A DNA stretch of 63,965 nt, filler included, from Lama guanicoe (GCA_013239625.1; 190 parts of 190 records of this genome joined end to end with filler, not necessarily neighbours in it), one strand, 5' to 3'; shown: positions 25,513 to 39,092, counted from the first letter of the whole stretch. Made by a program: numbers and translations. Notes: generated from the sequence alone by a model not told the origin.

Positions 25513-25949
25513 NNNNNNNNNNNNNNNNNNNNNNNNNNNNNNNNNNNNNNNNNNNNTTAATTAATTAANNNNNNNNNNNNNNNNNNNNNNNNNNNNNNNN
25601 NNNNNNNNNNNNCTTTCATGTCCCTGTGATACTTTATACAGTGGTCTATATAAAATAATTCACTGTAATTACATACCCTCATAATGTTAATGTCTATAAA
25701 TTTATCAAATTCATCACCATCTGCAGGAGACTGAAAAATGCACCCCGCCAAGATATCTACCTCCTCATCTCTATGACCTGTGAATGTTATCTTAAAGCAA
25801 AAAAAAAAAAAAAGTGTACAGATGTGGGGAGGGGTAATTAAATGAAGGANNNNNNNNNNNNNNNNNNNNNNNNNNNNNNNNNNNNNNNNNNNNTTAATTA
25901 ATTAANNNNNNNNNNNNNNNNNNNNNNNNNNNNNNNNNNNNNNNNNNNN

Positions 25950-26051
25950 GCATTTTTGAGAGTAAAAGGAGACACCATTAACCATTTATACCCAGACAAT
26001 AAGAGTCAACCAGGACTGTCTCAGGCAGAGTGGGAAGAAGGCTTGCCCTAG
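25950..26051. mobile_element. hAT-Blackjack MITE (MER94-like)
   Basis: tttttgagagtaaaagggag...aaccaggactgtctcaggca...cccta. Confidence 0.55.
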
Positions 26052-26739
26052 TTTCAGTGGGCTACAGGCACACACTTCTTTGTGAACCCAGAAGGTCAGT
26101 GCCTCCTTGGCTGTGAATGTCTACCAGTCTTTCCAGGCAGTCAGGGTTTCTGTGGAGCCAGTCAGGCGTACTGAAGTCTCAGAGACNNNNNNNNNNNNNN
26201 NNNNNNNNNNNNNNNNNNNNNNNNNNNNNNTTAATTAATTAANNNNNNNNNNNNNNNNNNNNNNNNNNNNNNNNNNNNNNNNNNNNCTGGACTGCGAGCT
26301 GCTGGAAGAGAGGTTAGTGCCTCATTGGTCCTAGTTCACCACACGCATCTGAGCACAGAGCATTTGAAAGTGAAATAAGAAACCGAAGCCAACAGAAAGG
26401 AGGGAGGGACATCTGGTCACCCACCTAGATTTGGCCCCTTTTCGGGTGGAGCTGAGGGTGGTGGGCTCCTCAGAGGAAGAGCCTTGACCTCTTCTCCCTT
26501 TTACCTCCCCAAGTGCTTCTGCGNNNNNNNNNNNNNNNNNNNNNNNNNNNNNNNNNNNNNNNNNNNNTTAATTAATTAANNNNNNNNNNNNNNNNNNNNN
26601 NNNNNNNNNNNNNNNNNNNNNNNTGTGGCTTGTGGATTTGAGTTAGCAGCCATCAAAACATAGGAAGGGAAAATAAAATATATAGACTCAGGTCAGGTAA
26701 TTAACAACTTGAGGTAAGATATGAAAAATGGAAAAATAT

Positions 26740-26860
26740 CTATAGTACTATTTAGAGAGACCCTTATCTCCCACGGGCAGAAGGAAGGCTGAGCTGAAAA
26801 TGAGACCAGAATCTCATTGTGATAGAAGCAGAGCTGAATTTACAGACCTAACCAGTCTTA
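26740..26860 (+). mobile_element. ERVL/MaLR internal fragment
   Basis: agagacccttatctcc...gctgaaaatgagaccagaatctcattgtga..agcagagctg. Confidence 0.45.
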
Positions 26861-27297
26861 NNNNNNNNNNNNNNNNNNNNNNNNNNNNNNNNNNNNNNNN
26901 NNNNTTAATTAATTAANNNNNNNNNNNNNNNNNNNNNNNNNNNNNNNNNNNNNNNNNNNNGTGTCTGTGTAAGCCCCCAGGTGATTCTTACCTAAAGTCT
27001 GAATACCACCGGCCTGTATGACGCAATTTCACGCTACATCCTACACTTTCTCTGCTGCTCGGTAAGGGCTTCATTTATCTTGCCTCTGTAAGTGGTTGTG
27101 AAGCTCCCTTGAGCCCAAAACCGCTTCTTAAGGGAAAGACATTGGTTTCCTATGGCTGCTGTAAAATAAATCACCACAAGCTTGGTGGCTTAAAACANNN
27201 NNNNNNNNNNNNNNNNNNNNNNNNNNNNNNNNNNNNNNNNNTTAATTAATTAANNNNNNNNNNNNNNNNNNNNNNNNNNNNNNNNNNNNNNNNNNNN

Positions 27298-27534
27298 TCT
27301 CTAGGTCCATTCATGTTGCTGCAAATGGAATTATTTTATTCTTTTTATGGCTGACTAGTATTCCATTTTATAAATTTTTCTCATATTCTTTATCTAGTCT
27401 TCTATCAATGGACATTTAAGTTGCTTCCATGTTTTGTCTATTGTAAATAGTGTTGCTATGATCACTGGGGTGCATGCATCTTTTCAAGTTAGAGTTTTCT
27501 CCAGATATATGTCCAGGAGTGGGATTGCTGGATC
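27298..27534 (-). mobile_element. LINE-1 3' fragment
   Basis: ctaggtccattcatgttgctgcaaatgg...ggagtgggattgctggatc. Confidence 0.95.
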
Positions 27535-28982
27535 NNNNNNNNNNNNNNNNNNNNNNNNNNNNNNNNNNNNNNNNNNNNTTAATTAATTAANNNNNNNNNN
27601 NNNNNNNNNNNNNNNNNNNNNNNNNNNNNNNNNNGGAGCAGGGCAGCCAGTCAAGAGGGAAGAGCTCCGCCCCCAGCGTGGATGGGGAGCTGTCCAGCAT
27701 GGACTGGCTGAGGGAATCCTGTCCTGGAAGACAGGAGAGCCAGTGCCCACTCCATACACCAGCTGGGTAGCCTTGGGCAAGTTACTGTTACCACCCTGAG
27801 CCTCCACTTCCACGCTGTTAGAGGGGGTGATAACACAATCAGCTCTGCCTGGCTGTGAGGTCTCAACCCAANNNNNNNNNNNNNNNNNNNNNNNNNNNNN
27901 NNNNNNNNNNNNNNNTTAATTAATTAANNNNNNNNNNNNNNNNNNNNNNNNNNNNNNNNNNNNNNNNNNNNGTCTCGGGGGTAAAGGGCAGAGGCTGCGC
28001 CCCCTGAACCCTGCATCCCGAGGGGCTTCACACGGCACGTCTTGCAACCGCGCGATCGTCCCTGTCAGTAAATGGTCGGTGTGAGGGGCTGTGATGTCGC
28101 TGATCCGCCAGGGGGAAGCCTGTGTCTTGGTTTTCGGCTAGACGGTTGCAGACCTGAGCTGGAAGTCCTGGGTTTTATTCAGATATCCTATTTTATTCCG
28201 AATTTTAANNNNNNNNNNNNNNNNNNNNNNNNNNNNNNNNNNNNNNNNNNNNTTAATTAATTAANNNNNNNNNNNNNNNNNNNNNNNNNNNNNNNNNNNN
28301 NNNNNNNNTTTGGTAGTTTGGCAGAGATGAATGAGTCTAGATTTTGAAAGAACCCTAGCACACTGAAAAGGCCAGTGAAATGTGGAAAAGAGCTGTCCCG
28401 TATTTATGACTGAGAGCCAGAGTGAGAGCAAATGCTCATCTATGAAATGTAGTTCAAAGAATTAAGCATTTGGGGCGTTAACTTTGAAAGGAACTTTATC
28501 CAATTAAAAATAATGCTTTAAATTCCAGTGTTCAGCACAATTTGANNNNNNNNNNNNNNNNNNNNNNNNNNNNNNNNNNNNNNNNNNNNTTAATTAATTA
28601 ANNNNNNNNNNNNNNNNNNNNNNNNNNNNNNNNNNNNNNNNNNNNTAGTAGTCCTATTTATATAAATGCATATCCCCAGGATGTTATCCTGCATATGGCT
28701 CAGAGCAGATATAAAGCAAATGTTTTTTTTGACTGAATCAGTATAATAGTAGAGAATGCATGTGAATTATAATTATTATAGCTAGTGGGACTCCTGTTGA
28801 CGTCTAATTTTCTCTCTGATGCGGCCGTCTCATACAGATACTTGGTACCTTGGGCTTTCTTGGTCTACAAGAAAATAAACTGNNNNNNNNNNNNNNNNNN
28901 NNNNNNNNNNNNNNNNNNNNNNNNNNTTAATTAATTAANNNNNNNNNNNNNNNNNNNNNNNNNNNNNNNNNNNNNNNNNNNN

Positions 28983-29556
28983 ATAAGGTGCAAAGTGTGT
29001 CTGCTCTGAAGTCGGGGGGTCTGGGTCCTGCATCCAGTCAATCTGTGGTGTCCATTCTGTACCGCACGCTCCTAAGTGCTCGTTTCCAGGCACAGCACCA
29101 CCACTCACTCTCTCCATGGCCTGAGGGCCTTAGCTGGCTCCTGTGTAAGTCTTAGTTTGCCTGGGGAACCCACACAGGAAGGGGAGATCTGGGTGAGAGG
29201 GTCCAGCTCGGTGCTGTGTNNNNNNNNNNNNNNNNNNNNNNNNNNNNNNNNNNNNNNNNNNNNTTAATTAATTAANNNNNNNNNNNNNNNNNNNNNNNNN
29301 NNNNNNNNNNNNNNNNNNNATAAGGTGCAAAGTGTGTCTGCTCTGAAGTCGGGGGGTCTGGGTCCTGCTTCCAGTCAATCTGTGGTGTCCACTCTGTACC
29401 GCACACTCCTAAGTGCTCGTTTCCAGGCACAGCACCACCACTCACTCTCTCTACGGCCTGAGGGCCTTAGTTGGCTCCTGTGTAAGTCTTAGTTTGCCTG
29501 GGGAACGCACACAGGAAGGGGAGATCTGGGTGAGAGGGTCCAGCTCGGTGCTGTGT
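28983..29556 (+). repeat. Near-identical contig pair (28983-29219 vs 29320-29556); assembly bubble arms
   Basis: 7 substitutions in 237 bp, with exactly 49 identical bases at each end. Confidence 0.95.
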
Positions 29557-29993
29557 NNNNNNNNNNNNNNNNNNNNNNNNNNNNNNNNNNNNNNNNNNNN
29601 TTAATTAATTAANNNNNNNNNNNNNNNNNNNNNNNNNNNNNNNNNNNNNNNNNNNNTTCCGTTCCATGGATCCCATGGGGGCAGCCCCCCAGGAGAGGCA
29701 CATGGTGGCGGGCATGTTGGCCAGCATACTTCACCAGCAAACCTCAACCACATTCTCCTCTTCCTCTTATAACTATCTTTTGGTCAGTTCTAAATATGAG
29801 TTTGAATAAAAAGGGTGTTCTGTGTTGAGTTCTTGGAAATCCCAGCTGCCTTTAGTCAATAAAATTGCTGAGCTACAGCTCTGTTTGTCATTTNNNNNNN
29901 NNNNNNNNNNNNNNNNNNNNNNNNNNNNNNNNNNNNNTTAATTAATTAANNNNNNNNNNNNNNNNNNNNNNNNNNNNNNNNNNNNNNNNNNNN

Positions 29994-30230
29994 CATACTT
30001 TTAAGGGTGTGATCTGTGGTCTTCCAAAACAATTACAACAGAAACATCAAAAATTGCTGATCCTGGATCACAATAAATATAATAATATATGTTATAACAA
30101 ATATAATCATCATTTAAAAGTCTGAAATGTTGTGAGAATTATCCAGATGTGACCCAGGGACTCACTGAAGTGAGCAAATGCTGTTGGAAAATGGTGGGAA
30201 CAGATTGTTCAACACAGGGTTGCCACAAAC
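29994..30230 (-). mobile_element. Tigger1 (TcMar) DNA transposon 5' region
   Basis: ccaaaacaattacaa..aacatcaaa...aagtgagcaaatgctgttggaaaatgg...cagggttgccacaaac is the reverse complement of the Tigger1 5' end. Confidence 0.85.
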
Positions 30231-32689
30231 NNNNNNNNNNNNNNNNNNNNNNNNNNNNNNNNNNNNNNNNNNNNTTAATTAATTAANNNNNNNNNNNNNN
30301 NNNNNNNNNNNNNNNNNNNNNNNNNNNNNNATTTGAATGTAAGCCTGAGTTGGTACTAGTACCTCCCCATATATATGTACGTACTGTATTTTCCAAATGA
30401 AAAGAAATTTTGTTTTGCCAGCAAGCAACGTGTAGGACAGCTTTCACACAAACTTATCTCTCAGAAATTAACATGTGGAGACACATTCGTACATCGAGCA
30501 AAAATGGAACTGGTTGCAAGAGAAACAATTACTGTGTTCCTAGTCTGTTTAATAGTTCTGGTTTGAANNNNNNNNNNNNNNNNNNNNNNNNNNNNNNNNN
30601 NNNNNNNNNNNTTAATTAATTAANNNNNNNNNNNNNNNNNNNNNNNNNNNNNNNNNNNNNNNNNNNNATACCTGAGAGGAGGTGAGGCAGCCCAAAGCCT
30701 GGGGGGCTGGACAATTACCAGAAGCCTCATGGCAGCCCCTGAGATCCTTTAGTAAAGTGGAGAACAACTTGGGTTTAAAGTCACACATGCCTGGACTGGG
30801 GCGATGGGGGATGTCCTGGCCCTGCCATTTGCCAGCTGTGTGGCCCTCACCTCGGTGGGCCTCAATTTTCTCATCTGTAAGATGGGGACAGTGTTAGTCT
30901 CTTCNNNNNNNNNNNNNNNNNNNNNNNNNNNNNNNNNNNNNNNNNNNNTTAATTAATTAANNNNNNNNNNNNNNNNNNNNNNNNNNNNNNNNNNNNNNNN
31001 NNNNAGGAGAGTGTGGGCCTAGACTGAATTAGTAATGGGGTGTGACGCAGAGGCCGGCCGGACAGGGAAGGGCAGAGATGCCAGGGAAGTTGGGGTCCGG
31101 TCCCCACCCAATTTCCCCCTGGAGGCCTTTGGTGCCTTCCAGTTCTGTCTACAGGCAGCTGGGGCAGAGTCTGCACTGGCTTTGCATCCAGGTCCGCAGT
31201 GTAGAGACTAGAAACAGAGCTGGAGCCCCAGCTAGGTCTAANNNNNNNNNNNNNNNNNNNNNNNNNNNNNNNNNNNNNNNNNNNNTTAATTAATTAANNN
31301 NNNNNNNNNNNNNNNNNNNNNNNNNNNNNNNNNNNNNNNNNAAAAACAGATTTCTGTGAGGAGGAGGTACTACGTTGCTCTGAAACCTTGGGATGGGATT
31401 CTATAATAGTGATTTTTTTAAAAAGAATGTGGATTAGCCACTGATATTTTTAGGCAGATGTGGCTGTTAAAATAGGCTAGCTGCTGGAACAAATTAAGAT
31501 TTCACTGGAGTGACCCAAGCCTCACTGACGTGTATTTCTTGCTTACATGGCAGTGCTTGGGTTTTGGGTCATGGGAGTNNNNNNNNNNNNNNNNNNNNNN
31601 NNNNNNNNNNNNNNNNNNNNNNTTAATTAATTAANNNNNNNNNNNNNNNNNNNNNNNNNNNNNNNNNNNNNNNNNNNNTGTTCAAAGGTCAGCTGTGGGT
31701 AGATTGGTTGATTGGTTGACTTATTCTTGGCATGATACATTGGCAAGGGTCTCCAGGACTAGGAATAGAAGTGGGGAGAGTGTGGGTCCATGTTTATCCT
31801 TATTATATGTGTGTTCTCTTGCTCCCTGCATTTTTATTTGCCAAACTGTACAGACAAAATAACCATTCATTTTTCCATTTCCAAATTAACAAAGATGTCT
31901 ATGATGGAGTGTACANNNNNNNNNNNNNNNNNNNNNNNNNNNNNNNNNNNNNNNNNNNNTTAATTAATTAANNNNNNNNNNNNNNNNNNNNNNNNNNNNN
32001 NNNNNNNNNNNNNNNATGTCTCATGAATGTCTTTCGAGCCTGGTATCCTCTTCAGCTGTCTTCATTCCAGTATTCTCCATTGCAGCAGAAAAACCCTCAT
32101 CAATGTGTTTACATCTCTCCTCAATCCATGCAGCCTGTTTTTAGGCCAGCTTCTCTTCGTGTCTCCCGTATCATCGACTTCAACACGACTGGGAAACTCT
32201 GAGAGTACCTCAGTGCCTCACCAGTTAGCTGATGACAGGCAGATCTTCCACTNNNNNNNNNNNNNNNNNNNNNNNNNNNNNNNNNNNNNNNNNNNNTTAA
32301 TTAATTAANNNNNNNNNNNNNNNNNNNNNNNNNNNNNNNNNNNNNNNNNNNNACCATCACAATTTTAACCAAAGTCTTAACCCTAACACTTTTGTGAGTG
32401 TAATTGCCTTCCACGGAAGATCAGAAGTTGTGTATCTTATTTCTGCAGTAGGAACATACAACATATATGAAGTTTTCAAGTCTCTAGAGAATTGAAAAGT
32501 CAGTGTGGGTACTGTACTTTGAAACATGTATACTGTGGGCCTAAGGTGTTTTTTAATCTTTCATCTCTTTTAAGGATCAAATATCATTANNNNNNNNNNN
32601 NNNNNNNNNNNNNNNNNNNNNNNNNNNNNNNNNTTAATTAATTAANNNNNNNNNNNNNNNNNNNNNNNNNNNNNNNNNNNNNNNNNNNN

Positions 32690-32926
32690 TTTCTTGTCTG
32701 TGAAATTCTTTATGTCTCCTTCTACTATAAAGGATAGGTTTGCTGTTTAAAGTATCCTAGGGTATATCACTTTTTTAGTTCAGGAATTTGAATATATCTT
32801 TCCACTCCCTTCTGGCCTTTAGTATTATTTCAGTGAAATCAGCTGGGAGCCTTATGGGAATTCCCTTGTAACTCACACTTTGTTATTCTCTTGCTGCCTT
32901 TAGGATCATTTCTTTATCCTTGACTC
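32690..32926 (-). mobile_element. LINE-1 ORF1/ORF2-proximal fragment
   Basis: tttgaatatatctttccactcccttctggcct...gaaatcagctg..agccttatggg..ttcccttgta...ttctcttgctgcctttagga. Confidence 0.85.
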
Positions 32927-33026
32927 NNNNNNNNNNNNNNNNNNNNNNNNNNNNNNNNNNNNNNNNNNNNTTAATTAATTAANNNNNNNNNNNNNNNNNN
33001 NNNNNNNNNNNNNNNNNNNNNNNNNN

Positions 33027-33263
33027 TATTAGCAATGAGTGTGTAGACCTGAAACTAAAATTTCACTGCCATTTCTAGTCGTTCAAAAAATGAAATAATT
33101 ATATGTAACACTAACAAAACATGTGCAGGATATGCATGCTGAAAACCATACACCACTGACGGAAAAAAGAAAGAGAAAGAAGAGAAGAAACAAAGGAGGA
33201 AAGAAGGAAGGGACGGAGGGAAAGGAAGAAAGATTTGAATAAATAGAGAGACAAACTGTATTC
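33027..33263 (+). mobile_element. Old LINE-1 ORF2 fragment interrupted by a GA-rich low-complexity tract
   Basis: ctaacaaaacatgtgcaggatatgcatgctgaaaaccatac; purine tract 33163-33232. Confidence 0.6.
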
Positions 33264-33363
33264 NNNNNNNNNNNNNNNNNNNNNNNNNNNNNNNNNNNNN
33301 NNNNNNNTTAATTAATTAANNNNNNNNNNNNNNNNNNNNNNNNNNNNNNNNNNNNNNNNNNNN

Positions 33364-33600
33364 TTCTTTTTCATTATAGGTTATTACTAAACATTGAATA
33401 GTTCCCTATGCTATGCAGTAGGACCTTGTTGTTTGCCTAATTTATATATAGTAATTTGCATCTCCTAATCACAAACTCCTGGTTTATCCCTCCCTCACCA
33501 TTTCCCCTTTGGTAATCATAAGTTTGTTTCACCATAAGTGAGTTTGTTTCCGTTTTGTAAATAAGTTCATTTGTATCATTTTTTAGATTCAACATATAAG
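33364..33600 (-). mobile_element. LINE-1 3' UTR, cetartiodactyl-type
   Basis: ttataggttattac...tagttccctatgctatgcagtaggaccttgttg...ttttgtaaataagttcatttgt. Confidence 0.9.
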
Positions 33601-35385
33601 NNNNNNNNNNNNNNNNNNNNNNNNNNNNNNNNNNNNNNNNNNNNTTAATTAATTAANNNNNNNNNNNNNNNNNNNNNNNNNNNNNNNNNNNNNNNNNNNN
33701 CCGTGTCTCTGGGGAGTTCAGGGGCCCAGTTATCCCACCGTGTAGGCTCGCTGCCTTGATACCTCCTCTGCCTCGCACCCCAGTCTGAAGTAGGTGTCCC
33801 CTCCGTGTTGTCATGGTCCCCGTGCAAGCATCTGTTAGAGCCGCTTGTCGCATGGCCTTTGCCTGTGTCGTTGCCTCTCTTCCCATGCGACTGAGAGCAG
33901 AATGGTGTGTCCTCACCGTGTAGCTGGAGACTGTATCNNNNNNNNNNNNNNNNNNNNNNNNNNNNNNNNNNNNNNNNNNNNTTAATTAATTAANNNNNNN
34001 NNNNNNNNNNNNNNNNNNNNNNNNNNNNNNNNNNNNNCCTGCTGTGGAGGCAGGCACTGTGCTCTGTGCATGAGTAAGAGAAACTGACTGTCGGCACTAG
34101 ATGTACGTATCCTGCGCTAGGATCATGCTGTTCCTTATTTCTGACTCATAAGCCCCTCCTTTTAAAAATTCTTCTTTCATCCTTATCCTCTGATCAGCCT
34201 TCTCCCTCTCTTTCTGAACCGTTTCTTCACATTCTAAATATTCCTAATGGACTCATTCATTTTTTCATTGAACANNNNNNNNNNNNNNNNNNNNNNNNNN
34301 NNNNNNNNNNNNNNNNNNTTAATTAATTAANNNNNNNNNNNNNNNNNNNNNNNNNNNNNNNNNNNNNNNNNNNNTGCTTTAGTTCTTCATGCCATCTTTA
34401 AAGAAGAGGGAGCCCTTTACAGCGTAAGTTGTGACCTTCTGCACATTATCTGTTCTTCTTTCTGCCTCATGTTTAGCAAGCTAGGAGAACACAAATGAAA
34501 GTGGGATTGAAATAAGTGATCTTTGTGGTTCCTGGTCAAGATCAGCGTGATCCTCACCATTATTTGATGACTGAGGAAGGTCTCAGGAGGGATGACATGG
34601 GGAAACAGGTTNNNNNNNNNNNNNNNNNNNNNNNNNNNNNNNNNNNNNNNNNNNNTTAATTAATTAANNNNNNNNNNNNNNNNNNNNNNNNNNNNNNNNN
34701 NNNNNNNNNNNGTGAGTTGGTTGTGACCTGTCAACCCAACTTTGGGGAAGTGCCTGCTCCCCCTGGGCTCGCTGCACTGCCCCTCGGCATCCAGGGGACG
34801 CTGTACCCCAGCACGAATCCAGTCTCTTGGTTCATATCTTTGCTTCAGATCCCTCAGGCCTGCCCATGTCCCAGGGCTCCATCTGCCCTGCCAGCCTCAC
34901 CTGCTGGACTCCAGGACACCATCCTGGGTCTCAACCATCCTCTGTTCCNNNNNNNNNNNNNNNNNNNNNNNNNNNNNNNNNNNNNNNNNNNNTTAATTAA
35001 TTAANNNNNNNNNNNNNNNNNNNNNNNNNNNNNNNNNNNNNNNNNNNNTTTGGAGTCACCAGTAAGAGAGCTCTCATCTTAAACAAATGCCTTATTGATA
35101 CCTAAGGGAAGACTAGGTTGAAAAAAAAGAAAAGAGACAAGAGAGAGAAATTGATACAGAAGAACATCTTGTGAGAAAAGAGAAAACAAAACACTTTGTT
35201 AAGAAGATTAGGAGGTGATCAAACTTAGAAAAAAGGTCAGGATCTGCAGATGGCACTGAAGCAGGTGTAAAAGGTAGGTAAATATNNNNNNNNNNNNNNN
35301 NNNNNNNNNNNNNNNNNNNNNNNNNNNNNTTAATTAATTAANNNNNNNNNNNNNNNNNNNNNNNNNNNNNNNNNNNNNNNNNNNN

Positions 35386-35407
35386 GTGTGTGTGTGTGTG
35401 TGTGTGT
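35386..35407. repeat. (GT)n microsatellite at contig edge
   Basis: gtgtgtgtgtgtgtgtgtgtgt. Confidence 0.9.
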
Positions 35408-36754
35408 CTTACTGCACAGCTTCACCACTATCCTGTGATATCCTCTGGGCACTTTGGATGCTCTTGATTTTCACTGTTACATGAGCAACCCTTAAACTCA
35501 GTCTAGTGGGGAAGAGAGACATCTGTTTTCACACCTATAGGATCTAACATAGTCCCGGCACACTGCTAGTGATCATATCCGGCAAACAATTGAGAAGTGA
35601 ATTCCCGGTCTTCAGTAACAGTNNNNNNNNNNNNNNNNNNNNNNNNNNNNNNNNNNNNNNNNNNNNTTAATTAATTAANNNNNNNNNNNNNNNNNNNNNN
35701 NNNNNNNNNNNNNNNNNNNNNNCTTCTGTCCTTTACCTCCTGGTCTAACCCCGAGGAGGGCCATTGTCTAGATGATGGTTCCTGATGGTGGATGCCGAGA
35801 CGGTGCCACTATCTAGGTCATCCTGGAAGCAAACCCTGGGAGCTTCAGGAACAAGCCATCACTTGAATGCCAGGTCGCCGAGTTCTGCCACCTCATTTTT
35901 ATTTTCTTTCGTCATCCCTGACACAGAGTTCCGCCTTGGCTAAGTGCTGGCCTCCCAGTNNNNNNNNNNNNNNNNNNNNNNNNNNNNNNNNNNNNNNNNN
36001 NNNTTAATTAATTAANNNNNNNNNNNNNNNNNNNNNNNNNNNNNNNNNNNNNNNNNNNNGTGGATCCAAGATTCAGGATTCGGCAGTTAACATAAAACTG
36101 CCAAGAACTGAAGAAGGAATTCTTGTTTTTAAACCACAGATTGTAGGGGAAAAAGGAGGAGGAATGATTAGCCTTTTATGAACCTATTTGTAGCAGACTA
36201 TTGGTTTTCGTGAGTGTAAGTAAGTGATCAACACGAAGTGTGTATCAGATAACTTATTCTAAACATGGAAACAACCTAAGTTCACCACAAGGGGATNNNN
36301 NNNNNNNNNNNNNNNNNNNNNNNNNNNNNNNNNNNNNNNNTTAATTAATTAANNNNNNNNNNNNNNNNNNNNNNNNNNNNNNNNNNNNNNNNNNNNGCAT
36401 CCTCGCGTCCAGTGCATGGCCACGCCTGGCCTCCCTCAGGGAGGCCCCAGGTACCCGTGGGACACAGCCACCCGTGACAGCCCATGCTCAGAGAGGGGGG
36501 GGAGCCCTGGAAACAGGTCCCTTCCGCCTCTACCCCCACGGGAGCCCGGCCGCGTCCCAGGGCAGACCGGAGACCCACACAGCCTGAGGACCCAGGCCTG
36601 AGCCCGCCGCCAGCCCCACACTGGGAGGCGCTGNNNNNNNNNNNNNNNNNNNNNNNNNNNNNNNNNNNNNNNNNNNNTTAATTAATTAANNNNNNNNNNN
36701 NNNNNNNNNNNNNNNNNNNNNNNNNNNNNNNNNGCTTACATTCCAGTGGGGAAG

Positions 36755-36880
36755 ATGAACAATAAACAAACAGATTTTTCACTGCAGGCGATGTGCAGGG
36801 CGCTAGGAATACAGAAGCGGAAGGCTGTGGTCCCTGGCTCGGAGAACCTCAGTCTACTGGGGAAAATGGAGGAGAAAGCA
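36755..36880 (-). mobile_element. LINE-2 3' end
   Basis: atgtgcagggcgctaggaataca...tggtccctggctc..agaacctcagtcta. Confidence 0.5.
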
Positions 36881-38539
36881 ACGGATTGCACTGTAGTTAA
36901 CTGCCTGAGCAGAGGCGTGGGCACAAAAGTAACAATGAAAAGAAGAGAATAACTCTCTCTGCCGAAGAGANNNNNNNNNNNNNNNNNNNNNNNNNNNNNN
37001 NNNNNNNNNNNNNNTTAATTAATTAANNNNNNNNNNNNNNNNNNNNNNNNNNNNNNNNNNNNNNNNNNNNTTGAGGAGAGCCACGTGAAGAGAGTGGCAC
37101 GTCTGAAGAACATGTCACACGTGGGGCATGGCACGCTCCTCTGGTATGTCCAAAGAACTTGTCATGTGTGTGCATGCCATCAGTTACATGTGTCCGAGCT
37201 GGAAGGAGGCTAAAACACTGCTGCCCAGGAGCGCTGCCCAGGCTGATGGCGTCAAGGAAGCTTGGCTGGGCAGTGGGGTCCCATTCACCCCCGGCCACGA
37301 ACTCCACNNNNNNNNNNNNNNNNNNNNNNNNNNNNNNNNNNNNNNNNNNNNTTAATTAATTAANNNNNNNNNNNNNNNNNNNNNNNNNNNNNNNNNNNNN
37401 NNNNNNNCATAATGAAAACATAGATATTCTCAAGTCCTCCGCAGTTTCACTCTGCAGTCAAGTGTTTGCTTAGTGATCAGACAGGCAGAGGTCAGAGGTG
37501 CATGATCTTGAAAGCATCAGATTTCATCCCAGAAGCTGGAACTTGGCGCACGGGTGTTCCCCCAAGGAATGTTATTTACGATGGTGACTCTTGCGTTTTA
37601 TTTAGTGAGGACATAATATTCCAATTTCTTATAAATTATTATTTNNNNNNNNNNNNNNNNNNNNNNNNNNNNNNNNNNNNNNNNNNNNTTAATTAATTAA
37701 NNNNNNNNNNNNNNNNNNNNNNNNNNNNNNNNNNNNNNNNNNNNTGGAGCCAGAACATTTGTTTGGCTGGGACTGGGGATCAGAGTTTGTGGTTACAGGA
37801 ACTGAAGTGATTGCACTGCCATCAGAGTTCTGAGATGCTTCTGAGGTCCTGTTTGAGCAAGCGCCATCACTGGCCGCTGCTCCACCTGGACCACACCTCA
37901 GGCCCTTGGCTCCTCCTGTGTCCCTAGATTGACTTCTCCAGGACCTGGTGCCCTGAATCCAATGCCAAGCTGTGGCATGGANNNNNNNNNNNNNNNNNNN
38001 NNNNNNNNNNNNNNNNNNNNNNNNNTTAATTAATTAANNNNNNNNNNNNNNNNNNNNNNNNNNNNNNNNNNNNNNNNNNNNCTACTGAAGAATAATCCAA
38101 TGGACTAGAGGTCATTTCACTGCTAAGAGGCAGAATCAGTCCTTAATTTCGTCTCTCATCATGAATTCCAACAACTTAGTTTGCATTCATTCATTTACAG
38201 TAAATTAGTTGCCTCTTTTCACACTTGAGAAGTTTGAATCTAACATATTTAGACTGGTATGAATTTATTGAGATCAAATGCAGTATTTGGCTTTTTAATC
38301 CCCAAACAACAGTGCTGTNNNNNNNNNNNNNNNNNNNNNNNNNNNNNNNNNNNNNNNNNNNNTTAATTAATTAANNNNNNNNNNNNNNNNNNNNNNNNNN
38401 NNNNNNNNNNNNNNNNNNTGTATATATTTCCCTGTACTACACAGTACAATCTTGTTTATCTATTCTAAGAAGCTTCTAAAATGTCTTACTTTTCTCAGCT
38501 GTAATATATGGGATTTGAGTCCCAAAGTGGCTCCTGATC

Positions 38540-38655
38540 TTGTTTTTTGTTTTTTGTTTTTATTTTTGTTTTTTTGCAGGGGGATGTAGTTAGGTTTACT
38601 TATTTATTTTTTAGAGGAGGTACTGGGGACTGAATCCAGGACCTTGTGTATGCTA
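38540..38655 (-). mobile_element. Camelid-type tRNA-derived SINE (vic-1-like), 3' part
   Basis: gggggatgtagttaggtttacttattt...ggaggtactggggactgaatccaggaccttgtgtatgcta with a T-rich tail. Confidence 0.8.
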
Positions 38656-39092
38656 NNNNNNNNNNNNNNNNNNNNNNNNNNNNNNNNNNNNNNNNNNNNT
38701 TAATTAATTAANNNNNNNNNNNNNNNNNNNNNNNNNNNNNNNNNNNNNNNNNNNNGCTTTTATTTTATTGTTTAATTTCTGACCATTTGAGTAATTAATT
38801 CAGGGATTCCTTTGGGCTGCATTTTCACCATCTGATTGATAGCGATCTTTAAAATTTTAGAGCAATGGTTTCCAACTTGTAAATTTCAGACCATTGTAGT
38901 TAAGCAGAATGATTGCAGGCTGTAGGGGTTCTCTCTTTTTTTTAATTTTATCTTTTAATTGAAGTATAGATGATTTATAATGTTTCAGGTATNNNNNNNN
39001 NNNNNNNNNNNNNNNNNNNNNNNNNNNNNNNNNNNNTTAATTAATTAANNNNNNNNNNNNNNNNNNNNNNNNNNNNNNNNNNNNNNNNNNNN

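Noticed and set aside
28105..28119. CTCF-like CCGCCAGGGGGAAGC
   Set aside because: Single imperfect motif with no supporting context
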